NCBI GenBank assembly: GCA_030537595.1
Contig: JAUNVR010000004.1
Span: 4,761 to 68,760 of the forward strand
Origin: Eubacteriales bacterium
GTDB lineage: Bacteria > Bacillota > Clostridia > Saccharofermentanales > DTU023
Length of the DNA stretch: 64,000 nucleotides
Direction: 5' to 3'
Positions 8,308 to 17,773 of the stretch are shown one piece after another. A program made the position numbers and the translations under genes. Each line of letters starts with the position of its first letter. Position 1 is the stretch's first letter. The notes under the pieces were generated by a model. The model did not search any database, was not told the DNA's origin, and saw nothing but the letters and a program-made list of their open reading frames with translations.

Positions 8308-9269
8308 TATTTCAAATTCTCCACAATCAGGCTGACATTGTGGCGCACCATATCGATAAAATTATCTCCGGGCTCGCCAAGCGGTGCCAGTGAGTCAGAG
8401 AATAATTCTTGACCGTCACCGTGCACAACTTTAACGTCAAAACCCTTTGCTTTACAGTCTTCTCTTAATTTTTCCATTCTTGCGGGGTCGGTTGTAGACT
8501 CAGCAAAGATTGCCTTAATCTTCTTCTCAACGATTAAATTAACAGTTTCTTCAACAGCCTTACTCGAAACTTCGGAGTCGGTGCTGACGCCTTGCGGTGC
8601 CTGAACCGGCATGCCGTAGCTGCGGGAGAAGTAGTTAAATGCGTCGTGAGGTGTAATCAGGTAACGTGATTCTTCAGGAATCTTGGTCAGCTCTTCGCGG
8701 ATCCAAGCGTCAGTTTCTTTTAACTGCTCTTGGTAGGCCAAAAGATTCTTCTGAATCTCATCTTTCTCCTCAGGGAGCAATTCGCCCAGCGCTTCTGCTG
8801 CGTTCTCGCAAGCCATGCTGTAGAGGTCCAGGTTGAACCAGAAGTGAGGGTCAACGATCATTTCACCGTCCTGATCCATAATGCCAAGATCGTCCGGGGA
8901 GAAGTTCTTACTGACGGAGACACCATACTCTTCGAGGGCTTCAACCATCTTGCCTTCAAAGTGTAGGCCGTGGTAGAGAACTAGGTCAGCGTTTTTAATC
9001 TTTTTGCTGTCCTCAGGGAGAGGTTTGTAAAGGTGGGGGTCTTCACCTGCCGGAATAATCATCTGGAGGTTGACCTTATCACCGACTAAGACGGTAACCA
9101 TGTCACGTAAAAATGAGGTGGTTACGGTAACAGTTTTTTTGCTCTCATCAAGGTCAGCACTTTGTTTTAATTCACTACATGCAGTGAGGATGCTGAGCAC
9201 CATGATGACGGAGACTGCAAGGGCTAAAAATCTTGAAAATCTGCAGCCATTATTTCTTGCTTTTTTCAT
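8307..9269 (-). CDS. Metal ABC substrate-binding lipoprotein, cluster A-I (TroA-like; Mn/Zn/Fe)
   Basis: It has the lipobox ILTAC. The ligand motifs EDPHLYKP, VDPHFWFN, TPHDAFNYF and FAESTTDP give a His-His-His-Asp pattern as in TroA. The gene order A-B-C-D matches the tro operon. Confidence 0.85.
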   Translation of the reverse strand: MKKARNNGCRFSRFLALAVSVIMVLSILTACSELKQSADLDESKKTVTVTTSFLRDMVTVLVGDKVNLQMIIPAGEDPHLYKPLPEDSKKIKNADLVLYHGLHFEGKMVEALEEYGVSVSKNFSPDDLGIMDQDGEMIVDPHFWFNLDLYSMACENAAEALGELLPEEKDEIQKNLLAYQEQLKETDAWIREELTKIPEESRYLITPHDAFNYFSRSYGMPVQAPQGVSTDSEVSSKAVEETVNLIVEKKIKAIFAESTTDPARMEKLREDCKAKGFDVKVVHGDGQELFSDSLAPLGEPGDNFIDMVRHNVSLIVENLK

Positions 9270-9375
9270 TTCTGCCTCTTTCTAAATTGCTAAAAAAATT
9301 CTGCGCCATAGCCTCGCTATTCTCTACAGCCAGAGGCTGCCTGAAAATTTTATTCAACTGAAGCTATAACACAGT

Positions 9376-9395
9376 TAGTTAGCTCGCGCTAACTA
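9376..9395. promoter_or_regulatory. 8-4-8 palindrome TAGTTAGC-TCGC-GCTAACTA upstream of the TroA-like gene (candidate operator)
   Basis: These are perfect 8-bp inverted arms read directly from the sequence. They lie 107-126 nt upstream of the SBP start. They share the TTAGC/GCTAA half-site with the sites upstream of zinT. Confidence 0.3.
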
Positions 9396-9555
9396 TTACA
9401 TTTTAACCTTTTTTCCACTAAAGTTCAAGAAAACGGCCTGCTCTCAGGACTTTTTGTTATACTTGACTAAAAGATTGTTCGTCCATCAGAGATTGTCTGG
9501 TTTGGTGAACTAAAGGCTAGGAAAATGCCTAAAATACTTGAAAGGGTCAAACAGC

Positions 9556-9822
9556 ATGGAGTTAAAACAGGCGGCGACTTGTGGCACACATGCCTCGAGT
9601 GACGTTTATATCGAAGTGTATCCAGATTCTGAAGTTTTGGAGATTAATATAGATTCTCCAGTCAAAGCCCAATTCGGCGAGGCGATAGATCAAACGGTGC
9701 GTGAGGTTCTAGCCGATTATGGCTTAACTAAGGGGAGAGTCCAGCTCCAAGATCAGGGTGCTTTAGACTGTACAATTAGGGCGCGGCTGAAAACTGCCCT
9801 CGAAAGGGGAGGCTTAAGATGA
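9556..9822 (+). CDS. citD: Citrate lyase acyl carrier protein (gamma subunit)
   Basis: MELKQAATCGTHASSDVYIEV resembles the CitD N-terminus (AGTLESSDVMV) that contains the prosthetic-group serine. The ATG at 9556 is preferred over the TTG at 9538. It overlaps citE by 4 nt. Confidence 0.8.
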   Translation: MELKQAATCGTHASSDVYIEVYPDSEVLEINIDSPVKAQFGEAIDQTVREVLADYGLTKGRVQLQDQGALDCTIRARLKTALERGGLR

Positions 9823-10742
9823 AACTGAGATCCCTATTATTTTTGCCCGGGAATAGCCCTGGAATGCTCTTAAATGGGACGGTACTCGAAGCTGATGCTT
9901 TAATTTTGGACCTTGAAGATGCGGTTGCACCGGAGCAGAAAGATGCAGCTCGAAAGCTCCTGGTCGAGGCCATGCGGAGTCTGGACTTTGGAGAGCGCAA
10001 AGTGGTGATTCGAATCAATGCCTGTGACACAGAATTCTGGGAGGCAGATTTAGAAGCTTTAGTTCCGCTGAGACCTTTTGCAATTATGCCGCCAAAAGTC
10101 AGTTCTGCAGACTACTTGCAGCCCCTTTTGGAGCGGCTCGATGAGCTCGAGAATAGACATCAGATCCCGCTCGGCTCAATCCAGTTAATTCCACTCTTGG
10201 AAACAGCTGCAGGTGTAGCTTCGGCCCGCGAAATTGCGCTTAGTTCAGCGCGTAATCTCGCATTATTTCTAGGTGCAGAGGACTATACGGCGGATATTGG
10301 GGCAAGTCGCACGCAGGGCGGGGCAGAGATTTTCCTCGCGCGCTCCCAGATTGTTCTAGCCGCTAAGTCTGCAGGGATTGGCGCCATTGATACCCCCTTT
10401 ACAGATGCCCAGGATTTAGCTGGTTTGAAGGCAGATGCAGAGCTGGCTAAAAGTCTCGGCTTCACAGCTAAAGCTAGTATTTCACCACATCATTTGGCCG
10501 GTATCCATGAAGTCTTCTCGCCTAAGAGCGAGGAGATCAGCTATGCACTAGAAGTCTTGGAATGCCTGGATCGAGGGATTAAGGCTGGACAGGGTGCAGT
10601 TTCCCTCAGGGGTAAGATGATTGACAAGCCAATTGAACTTAGAGCCCTGCGCACACTCAGTATGGCCAGTGATTTAGGGCTTTTAGATGCAGGTCAAAGC
10701 AAGTTTTTTGACGAATATCAAAACGAGCAGTTAAGGAGTTAA
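9819..10742 (+). CDS. citE: Citrate lyase beta subunit (citryl-CoA lyase, HpcH/HpaI aldolase fold)
   Basis: The 307-aa ORF begins RSLLFLPGN and contains LDLEDAV and GAEDY motifs typical of CitE. It lies between citD and citF. Confidence 0.85.
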   Translation: MKLRSLLFLPGNSPGMLLNGTVLEADALILDLEDAVAPEQKDAARKLLVEAMRSLDFGERKVVIRINACDTEFWEADLEALVPLRPFAIMPPKVSSADYLQPLLERLDELENRHQIPLGSIQLIPLLETAAGVASAREIALSSARNLALFLGAEDYTADIGASRTQGGAEIFLARSQIVLAAKSAGIGAIDTPFTDAQDLAGLKADAELAKSLGFTAKASISPHHLAGIHEVFSPKSEEISYALEVLECLDRGIKAGQGAVSLRGKMIDKPIELRALRTLSMASDLGLLDAGQSKFFDEYQNEQLRS

Positions 10743-10745
10743 GAG

Positions 10746-12149
10746 ATGTCTAAGTTATATACCGATCTTGGGAAATTAATTGCGCACTTGGATATTCCGA
10801 ATGGTTCTCGAATTTCTTTTCACCACCATTTGAGAAATGGTGACTATGTTTTAAATGCTGTGATGGCAGAGTTGGCGAAGCAGGGTAAGCGCGATTTAAC
10901 GATTAATGCCTCGGCCTTTTTTGACTGTCACGAGCCGCTGATTGAGCTGATTGAAAAAGGCGTTGTCAGCGGCCTGGAATGTAACTATATGTCTGCAAAA
11001 TTAGGGGCAGCAATCGGTCTTGGCATCCTCGAAAAGCCAGTGATCTTTAGAACCCACGGCGGGCGTCCAAAGGCCATTTTAGACGCTGTGACTCCGATTG
11101 ACTTTGCCTTTATTGCAGCGCCGACAGCCGACTACCAGGGGAACCTTAGTGGGAAGTACGGGCCTTCAGCCTGCGGCTCCCTGGGCTATGCCTTTCCTGA
11201 TGCCCGAGCGGCCAAGACGGTCATCGCCTTAAGCGATAATCTAATTGATGAAGCTCTTGCGGATTACTCAATTCCGGGCTGTGAGGTCGACTATGTCGTA
11301 AGCCTAGAGCAGATTGGCAATCCCCAGGGGATAGTCTCTGGGACTACTCAGGTTACCCGGGATCCGATTGGCCTCTTGATGGCTCAGCTTGCAGTCAAGA
11401 CGATCCAAGCCTCCGGCCTCTTAAAGGATGGATTTTCCTTCCAGACAGGGGCAGGGGGAGCTTCCTTAGCTAGTGCAAAGTATCTTCACGAACTGATGCT
11501 CGAGCAAGGGATTAAGGGTAGCTTTGGCCTCGGGGGGATTACCTCCTACCTGGTCAAGATGCTGGAAGATGGCTGCTTTGAAACTCTTTATGATGTGCAG
11601 TGCTTTGACCTAGCAGCGGTCGAATCGATTCGCAATAATCCGCAGCACCGCGAAGTGTCGGCGATGCACTATGCCGCGCCATCTAAGCAGGGAGCTTTGG
11701 TTGACCATCTCGATCTGGTCATCCTCGGGGCGACTGAAATTGATCGCAATTTTAATGTCAACGTTCATACTAATTCACAAGGTCAGATTATGGGTGGCTC
11801 GGGTGGCCACTCGGATACAGCAGCTGGGGCGAAGTTGGCAATGATTATTGCTCCCCTAATTCGCGCTAGGATGCCATTAATTTTGCCGGAAATTCAATGC
11901 GTTTCAACCCCAGGCGAAAGTATTGACTGCGTAGTGACCCAATATGGAATTGCAGTGAACCCGGCCCGGAGTGAATTGAAAGCGCGCTTAGAAGATGCGG
12001 GCTTGCCGCTAAAGTCGATTAGTGAATTAGAGCAGATTGCGACTAAGATTAGCGGTCGTCCACAGATTCAGAAAGCTTCAGGACGAGTTATTGCAGAAAT
12101 TCTTTATCGTGATGGCAGCCGACTTTCAGAAATTAGACAAAAGGCGTAA
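10746..12149 (+). CDS. citF: Citrate lyase alpha subunit (citrate CoA-transferase)
   Basis: The 467-aa ORF starts 3 nt after citE. Its size, the GGSGGHSDTAAGA block and the D-E-F gene order fit CitF. Confidence 0.8.
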   Translation: MSKLYTDLGKLIAHLDIPNGSRISFHHHLRNGDYVLNAVMAELAKQGKRDLTINASAFFDCHEPLIELIEKGVVSGLECNYMSAKLGAAIGLGILEKPVIFRTHGGRPKAILDAVTPIDFAFIAAPTADYQGNLSGKYGPSACGSLGYAFPDARAAKTVIALSDNLIDEALADYSIPGCEVDYVVSLEQIGNPQGIVSGTTQVTRDPIGLLMAQLAVKTIQASGLLKDGFSFQTGAGGASLASAKYLHELMLEQGIKGSFGLGGITSYLVKMLEDGCFETLYDVQCFDLAAVESIRNNPQHREVSAMHYAAPSKQGALVDHLDLVILGATEIDRNFNVNVHTNSQGQIMGGSGGHSDTAAGAKLAMIIAPLIRARMPLILPEIQCVSTPGESIDCVVTQYGIAVNPARSELKARLEDAGLPLKSISELEQIATKISGRPQIQKASGRVIAEILYRDGSRLSEIRQKA

Positions 12150-12158
12150 AACTTAGAA

Positions 12159-12193
12159 CTAAGGCCTTGCGAGAGCGAGGCCTTAGCTTTCTT
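12159..12193 (+). terminator. Intrinsic terminator after citF
   Basis: A 9-bp stem (ctaaggcct 12159-12167 / aggccttag 12178-12186) is followed by CTTTCTT. Confidence 0.6.
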
Positions 12194-12329
12194 AAAAATA
12201 TCAACTAGGAGTTGAACAACGGAAAGCTGAGAGAAAAAGCTAAAAAACAACTTAAGCACCATTGTTTCAGCCGGGTGAAAGGGCAAAGCTAGATTCTAAG
12301 AATAGATAAAGTCAAGGCAGGAGGAAATT

Positions 12330-13652
12330 ATGTCTCAATATGATTATGCAGGTCTAGGTTTTAGAATTGCGCAAAAGCGCAAGGCCAAGGGGCTTACTCA
12401 GGCTGAATTTGCCGAGCTCTTAGGTATCTCTGCGCAGGCTGTCTCGAAGTGGGAAACCGGAGGGGGCTATCCGGATATCAGCAGCTTGCCTGAAATCGCC
12501 ACAGTTTTAGAGCTCAGTATCGATGAACTTTTTGGCCTTAAAAAAGAGAAGCCAGAAAGTCCAGGAGAGCGCAGTCCCGGTCTACCAGAAAAAATTGATG
12601 ATATGTATTGGGTGGCGAGCTATGGGGACTATGCCTGCTACGCCTCCAAGGCAGAGTGCGAGCTGGATCTGCCGAAGATTCGCTTTAAGGATGGTTCGAC
12701 GGCCGACTTGTCAAGCAGGGTAATTATGAATCTTGGCCAAAATATAGTGATTGTAGAAAAAGATCGCTATCTCAAGGACTTTGAAGCTGCCCAAGCAAGG
12801 GCGAGTCAAGAAGAATCCGGCTCGGATGAAGAGCGAGTAGAGGAGGGGCAAAATCCGGAAAAGATAAAAGAGGCTGAAGGGCGAGAAGAGATAATCCAGA
12901 GTGCCAAAGAGGAAGACGAGAGAAGAGATAAGCTAGACTTCAAATCTTTGCGCTTGGAGTTTCTCGCTTCTAGCATAGACTTTCGCGTCATTCACGATCC
13001 TACTATGAATTATGGCTGGTATTTTGACGGTCCGGAAAATATTCGAGAGTTAATTAAATCAGAGATTATAAACAATGAGTTGATGATCAGGCTGGAGCGT
13101 CAATCGCGCTGGTCTGGGCTAAACTTCTTTATCAATTCAAAGCATTCGACTGAGGGCGAAATTTTGATTAATTGTCCTTACCCGCGAATGGAGTTTTTTG
13201 ATTTAAATCTCAGCGCAGCCTCGGATGGAAATATCGAACTGCCATTTGCTGCTGGCAAGATAGATATTAAGGGCAGCGGAGATTGTCAGTTAATGGAAAT
13301 AGAGCATTTAAAGGCTAGAGTTTTCGGAAGCGGCGATATCACTGTAAATAAAATCAAAGATCTAGACCTCTTAATAGCCGGGGTTGGTGATGTCGAGATC
13401 AAAGAGGCCAGCGAAAGTATAAAGGCTGTAATCTCTGGTGTGGGCGATATGAATTTGGCCGGGGATGTGAAATCTTGCGAGCTGCAAATTTCAGGTGTCG
13501 GTGATGTAAACGCTCGGGAACTCAGCTGTGATGAATTAAATTGCATAGTCAGTGGGCCAGGCTCTGCAGTGATTGGGCGGGTGCGTGGAGCTTCGAAAGA
13601 GCGGGCGATAATTGGCTCTTTAAAAATCCTGAAAAGGGGTTACGAAGCTTAA
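12330..13652 (+). CDS. XRE-family HTH protein with an acidic linker and a C-terminal GxGD-repeat (beta-helix, DUF2807/DUF4097-like) domain
   Basis: The N-terminus is an HTH_3 domain (KGLTQAEFAELLGISAQAVSKWETG). An Asp/Glu-rich linker follows. The C-terminus carries repeated GSGD / GVGDV / GVGDM / GPGS strands. Confidence 0.7.
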   Translation: MSQYDYAGLGFRIAQKRKAKGLTQAEFAELLGISAQAVSKWETGGGYPDISSLPEIATVLELSIDELFGLKKEKPESPGERSPGLPEKIDDMYWVASYGDYACYASKAECELDLPKIRFKDGSTADLSSRVIMNLGQNIVIVEKDRYLKDFEAAQARASQEESGSDEERVEEGQNPEKIKEAEGREEIIQSAKEEDERRDKLDFKSLRLEFLASSIDFRVIHDPTMNYGWYFDGPENIRELIKSEIINNELMIRLERQSRWSGLNFFINSKHSTEGEILINCPYPRMEFFDLNLSAASDGNIELPFAAGKIDIKGSGDCQLMEIEHLKARVFGSGDITVNKIKDLDLLIAGVGDVEIKEASESIKAVISGVGDMNLAGDVKSCELQISGVGDVNARELSCDELNCIVSGPGSAVIGRVRGASKERAIIGSLKILKRGYEA

Positions 13653-13752
13653 AAGTAATTTAAAGAGTGCTACTTTAATCAGCCTAAAAAGAGCAGCTAG
13701 CCTGTCTTCAGCCTTAGTTCTAAGTACTTTAGATCTCAAGCGAAAAAGCAGC

Positions 13753-13781
13753 TTGACAAATCATGGAGTACTAAGTATTCT
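13753..13781 (+). promoter_or_regulatory. Sigma-70-type promoter for tRNA-Val
   Basis: TTGACA (13753-13758) is separated by 17 nt from TATTCT (13776-13781). The tRNA 5' end lies 14 nt downstream. Confidence 0.6.
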
Positions 13782-13794
13782 GTCATAGAGCCGT

Positions 13795-13871
13795 GGGTGC
13801 TTAGCTCAGCTGGTTAGAGTACTTGCTTGACATGCAAGGGGTCACTGGTTCGAGTCCAGTAGTACCCACCA
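13795..13871 (+). tRNA. tRNA-Val (anticodon GAC), CCA encoded
   Basis: I folded the cloverleaf by hand. The acceptor pairs GGGTGCT/AGTACCC. The anticodon stem is CTTGC/GCAAG with loop TTGACAT. The T-arm is ACTGG-TTCGAGT-CCAGT. Confidence 0.95.
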
Positions 13872-13878
13872 CAGCTAG

Positions 13879-13921
13879 ATTAAAGCCCTGGAACATACTT
13901 GTTTCAGGGCTTTAATGCTTT
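13879..13921 (+). terminator. Terminator hairpin after tRNA-Val
   Basis: A 12-bp stem (attaaagccctg 13879-13890 / cagggctttaat 13905-13916) is followed by GCTTT. Confidence 0.55.
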
Positions 13922-14021
13922 AAGCCGGAACTATAAGATGGAGATTTTCTGGATCTGGCAGTATGAGTTTTTAGAAATCTAAGCTAGCTGAGCTGGCCTG
14001 GAAAAGAGGGGGACTGAGCTG

Positions 14022-15398
14022 ATGGATAAAGAATTGATGACGCGAGAAGAATACTGGGATTACTTACGAGATCTGTTAAAAGAACGTCGTTACTTAAAGC
14101 TCAGACATGAGCTCGTCGACGATAACGAAGTAGATATTGCTAATTTTATCGAGGAATTACATGAAGACGAGGCGGCTGTTGTTTTCAGAATGCTGCCAAA
14201 ACAGCTAGGGGCAGAGGTTTTTGCCCACCTAGAGCCGTCCTCTCAGCGTAATTTAGCTAAGGCCTTCTCTGACCGTGAAGTTGCGGATATGCTGGATAAG
14301 CTCTTTGTCGACGACGCTGTTGACTTCCTCGAGGAGATGCCGGCTTCTGTTGTGAAGCGGCTCCTTGCGATAACCGATAGCGAGAAACGACAGCTAATCA
14401 ATCACTTCTTACAATACCCGGAGGATTCAGCCGGTTCGATTATGACCGCGGAGTTCACGGATTTGAAAAAGAATATGACGGTGGGTCAGGCGATTGAACA
14501 TCTTCGCAAGCATGGTGAGGATCGTGAGACCATTTACACCTGTTACGTGACCAATGCCCAGCGTATCCTCGAAGGCGTCGTTTCGGTTAAAGCCCTATTG
14601 TTAGCAGATGACGATGAATTGATTGGCGACTTGATGGAAACAGATATTGTCAAGGCCAATACCTTGGATGACCAGGAAAACGTAGCCAACCTCTTCCATA
14701 CATATGACTTCCTAGCCATTCCGGTGGTCGATAATGAGAACCGCTTAGTCGGTATCGTCACGGTTGACGACGCTGTTGATATCATGCAGGAAGAGGTCAC
14801 AGAGGACTTTGAAAAGATGGCAGCAATGATGCCTTCAGAGCGTCCTTATTTGAAGACTTCAACTTTTAGCCACGCCAAGAGTAGAATACCTTGGCTGCTG
14901 ATTTTGATGATTTCTGCAATGGTCAATGGTCATATTCTGGAGCGTTATGAGCAGGCCTTTGTCGCCTTGCCCGCCCTAGTTTTCTTTATCCCGATGTTGA
15001 CCGATACCGGTGGTAATGTAGGCTCTCAGACTTCAACGATGATGATTCGTGGTATGACCTTGCGTGAGATTGGCTTTGGCGACATTTTCCGTGTGCTCTG
15101 GAAAGAGACCAGAGTTTCCATGATTATGGGTTTGGTTTTGGCCGTGATTAACTTCATTAGAATCTACATCTCATATGACTTTACAATTGCGATGACTGTT
15201 TCTGTGGCGCTCTTTGTCACGGTCTTTATGTCGGCAGCAATTGGCGGAATTCTTCCCCTCGTGGCAAGTCGCTTGAAGCTTGACCCGGCGATTATGGCTG
15301 CCCCCTTAATTACGACGATTGTCGACGCTGGGGCTCTGGTTATCTACTTTGCAACCGCCCACTTGCTCTTATCGACCTTTGGTGTACCTGGGGTCTAG
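14022..15398 (+). CDS. mgtE: Magnesium transporter MgtE
   Basis: The 458-aa ORF has an MgtE N-domain, a CBS pair and a C-terminal TM domain with PMLTDTGGNVGSQ and TTIVDAGALVIYF. Confidence 0.9.
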   Translation: MDKELMTREEYWDYLRDLLKERRYLKLRHELVDDNEVDIANFIEELHEDEAAVVFRMLPKQLGAEVFAHLEPSSQRNLAKAFSDREVADMLDKLFVDDAVDFLEEMPASVVKRLLAITDSEKRQLINHFLQYPEDSAGSIMTAEFTDLKKNMTVGQAIEHLRKHGEDRETIYTCYVTNAQRILEGVVSVKALLLADDDELIGDLMETDIVKANTLDDQENVANLFHTYDFLAIPVVDNENRLVGIVTVDDAVDIMQEEVTEDFEKMAAMMPSERPYLKTSTFSHAKSRIPWLLILMISAMVNGHILERYEQAFVALPALVFFIPMLTDTGGNVGSQTSTMMIRGMTLREIGFGDIFRVLWKETRVSMIMGLVLAVINFIRIYISYDFTIAMTVSVALFVTVFMSAAIGGILPLVASRLKLDPAIMAAPLITTIVDAGALVIYFATAHLLLSTFGVPGV

Positions 15399-15418
15399 AC
15401 TTTAAGTAGTTAATTAAA

Positions 15419-17773
15419 TTATTTATCCTGGGGGTCCGGCTCAGTCGAGTCGGACTCTATTAATTTAGGCTCTGGGCTGTCTGGATTAGTCGAGCTTTCT
15501 TCTTCCGAGCTCTCCGAACCGATTGTGAGCGGTGCTAGAGGTATCACGAGTTCAGCGGTGAAGAGGTCAGCGACAACCTCCAAATTTAGCTTTCCATACA
15601 TCAATTCCATTAAGCTAGAGGCGATCGATAGCCCGAGGCCTGAACCTTCCGAATTGCGCGCTGTGTTGCCTTGAACAAAGCGCTCTAGTAAATCTTCAGA
15701 GGGCATGTTTAATGCTTCCTTAGAGAGATTGCGCAGCCAGAGCTGTGCATATCCTTCTTCCTGATCGACTTCCAGGCTCAGGTAAACTCTGCTTTCCGGG
15801 CGGCTATACTGAGCAATATTATTTAAAAGATTGCCTAGGACCCGCCAGAGGGCATCGCCGTCAGCTATGACGAAGACCTCCTCAGAAACTTCTGCAATGA
15901 GTTCGAGCTGGCGGTCTTTAAAGAGCTCGATATATTCTGCCAAAGCCTGGTTTAAAAACTCGTTCAGATTTAAGACGCTGAGCTCTAGGTGGACAACGCC
16001 GGAATGCAGTTTGGAGCTTTCGATTAAATCATTACTTAGTCTTTGTAGGCGCCGGGTCTGCTTTAAGATAATCTCCAGATAATCTAAACCAACCTGGTTT
16101 TGATACTGTTCTTCCAGCAGTTGCTCATGCAATAAATTGCCGTAGGACATAATTGAAGTTAAGGGTGTTTTAATGTCATGAGAGACATTGGTGATAAGCT
16201 CTGAGCGCATCCGTTCAGATTTTAATTTAGCCTTTAAGTTTTCAGCACTGATGCGATGATTTCGCTCGAGTGCTTCTTCCAGCGGCTGAAGTAGGGTGAA
16301 AAGTCTGAAGCCATGACTTTTCTCAGCCTCAGTGGAGTCTAGTTCAGGGTCGGGAGCAGAGGCCAGGATTGGCTGTTCAGCCGTTTGAATCAGGTGACTC
16401 ATTTCCATAAAGAACTGGTAACCAATATAAAAGAGCGGGATGAGCAAGATTAAGGCCAGAGCTCTTGGTCCGGTGGCGATTAATATTAAAAGAATAATAA
16501 CTAGTAAAAAGCTCCAACGATTATGTCTTCTGACCTCAGTTGGCCAGCTTTTATCGGCCTTACGGAAGGCCTGAAAACTCCGCTTAATTCTAGTCAATAG
16601 CCTAGTAATTAAGAGATTTTTTCTGAGCGCATTATTGCGATACTGGGCGGTCGCAGCATAGATTAAAAGACAGAGGCAAAAGAGCGGAATTGTCCAGATT
16701 GCGCTGATTAAAATAATTTGCCAGAACAATCTCCGCGGTGAGAAGCTATTCGTCGAAGAGGTTCCGAAAGCATAGGGCAGAGAAAATATATAAAAGCAGA
16801 TGAGAGCAAAGAAATCAAGGGGCAAAGAAGTCTTGGGCTGGCTTTGCCAAGCGTAATGTAAGAGGGTGCAAAGCAGCGCAAAAGAGAGCAGATAAAAGAC
16901 CACTGAGACGAAGACTATCTGACTATGCTTAGGTTCCATCGCCAAAATTTTGTCGCGGCGGGAAATCACTGATTCAAGCATTGTGGATTGGCGACCAGGG
17001 AGTTTAGTTAAGGTCGTATAGACCAAGATCTGGAAGTCAAAGTCAAGTTCTGAGCTGGAGTAATATATCTGATCAGAATTAAAACCGTAGCTAATGGTAG
17101 CGGCGTCATCAATCTGATGTATAGGTGAGCCGACATTTTGTGCCAAATAGTTTCGGTTGACAAAGGCATAATTAGCCCGGGTTTCAGGCGGAATTTCAAA
17201 TTCAAAGGGGCTCGCGAAGATGAGTTTCGCCTCGGCAGGTGGAGGATAGCTAAGGCGGTTACTGGGAAACTGTCCTTGGCGATCCTGGGTAGAAATCAGG
17301 GGGAAGAGGTAAATTTCAAAGGCCAAAGGCTTGATTTCTGAAGCCAAGGATTCGAGATACTCTTCTGAGCGATCGCTCAGTTCTAAATCCTCGATCAGAT
17401 CCAGATTTATGCTCTCATTTGCAAAGTCCGAATCTACTTCCTCTGGGCTCTCGTCCGGGACAGCCCTGTCAGCTGTTTTGAAGTCCTTCTCCGAACCTTC
17501 TCCAGCCTCGAGCTGGGCTTCGGGCACAGCGTGCTCTGAGTACAGCTCGGAAAGATTTTTGAGGGCCAATAAGTCCATCGCAGAGCGTGCGGAGTGATTG
17601 ATGTAAGGTCTGATTTCAGGGTAATATTCGACGCCCAGAGCGCTTTCCTCACGCATCGACCTAAAGGCTTTACCGGTGTTTACGAATGAGCTGGCAGTGA
17701 GAATTAAAATAAAGAGTAGGATCCAGGCCAGGTAGCGTAGAAATTTTTTATTTATGATTTTAGTAAAAATCAT
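15419..17773 (-). CDS. Sensor histidine kinase with a large N-terminal multi-TM sensor region
   Basis: Readable motifs are H-box SHDIKTPLTSI, N-box LLNNIAQYS and G-box GSGLGLSIA. It has an ATGA overlap with the response regulator gene. Confidence 0.85.
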   Translation of the reverse strand: MIFTKIINKKFLRYLAWILLFILILTASSFVNTGKAFRSMREESALGVEYYPEIRPYINHSARSAMDLLALKNLSELYSEHAVPEAQLEAGEGSEKDFKTADRAVPDESPEEVDSDFANESINLDLIEDLELSDRSEEYLESLASEIKPLAFEIYLFPLISTQDRQGQFPSNRLSYPPPAEAKLIFASPFEFEIPPETRANYAFVNRNYLAQNVGSPIHQIDDAATISYGFNSDQIYYSSSELDFDFQILVYTTLTKLPGRQSTMLESVISRRDKILAMEPKHSQIVFVSVVFYLLSFALLCTLLHYAWQSQPKTSLPLDFFALICFYIFSLPYAFGTSSTNSFSPRRLFWQIILISAIWTIPLFCLCLLIYAATAQYRNNALRKNLLITRLLTRIKRSFQAFRKADKSWPTEVRRHNRWSFLLVIILLILIATGPRALALILLIPLFYIGYQFFMEMSHLIQTAEQPILASAPDPELDSTEAEKSHGFRLFTLLQPLEEALERNHRISAENLKAKLKSERMRSELITNVSHDIKTPLTSIMSYGNLLHEQLLEEQYQNQVGLDYLEIILKQTRRLQRLSNDLIESSKLHSGVVHLELSVLNLNEFLNQALAEYIELFKDRQLELIAEVSEEVFVIADGDALWRVLGNLLNNIAQYSRPESRVYLSLEVDQEEGYAQLWLRNLSKEALNMPSEDLLERFVQGNTARNSEGSGLGLSIASSLMELMYGKLNLEVVADLFTAELVIPLAPLTIGSESSEEESSTNPDSPEPKLIESDSTEPDPQDK

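Noticed and set aside
13280-13600. There is apparent DNA periodicity (repeated ggtgt.ggtgat... units) that might suggest a repeat array.
   Set aside because: The periodicity lies inside a CDS and reflects GVGD protein repeats of a beta-helix domain. There are no spacers or constant repeat length, so it is not CRISPR-like.
13872-14021. An M-box (Mg) riboswitch might be expected upstream of mgtE.
   Set aside because: The leader is only about 100 nt after the tRNA terminator. I could not find the conserved M-box core sequences. No terminator/antiterminator pair is evident.
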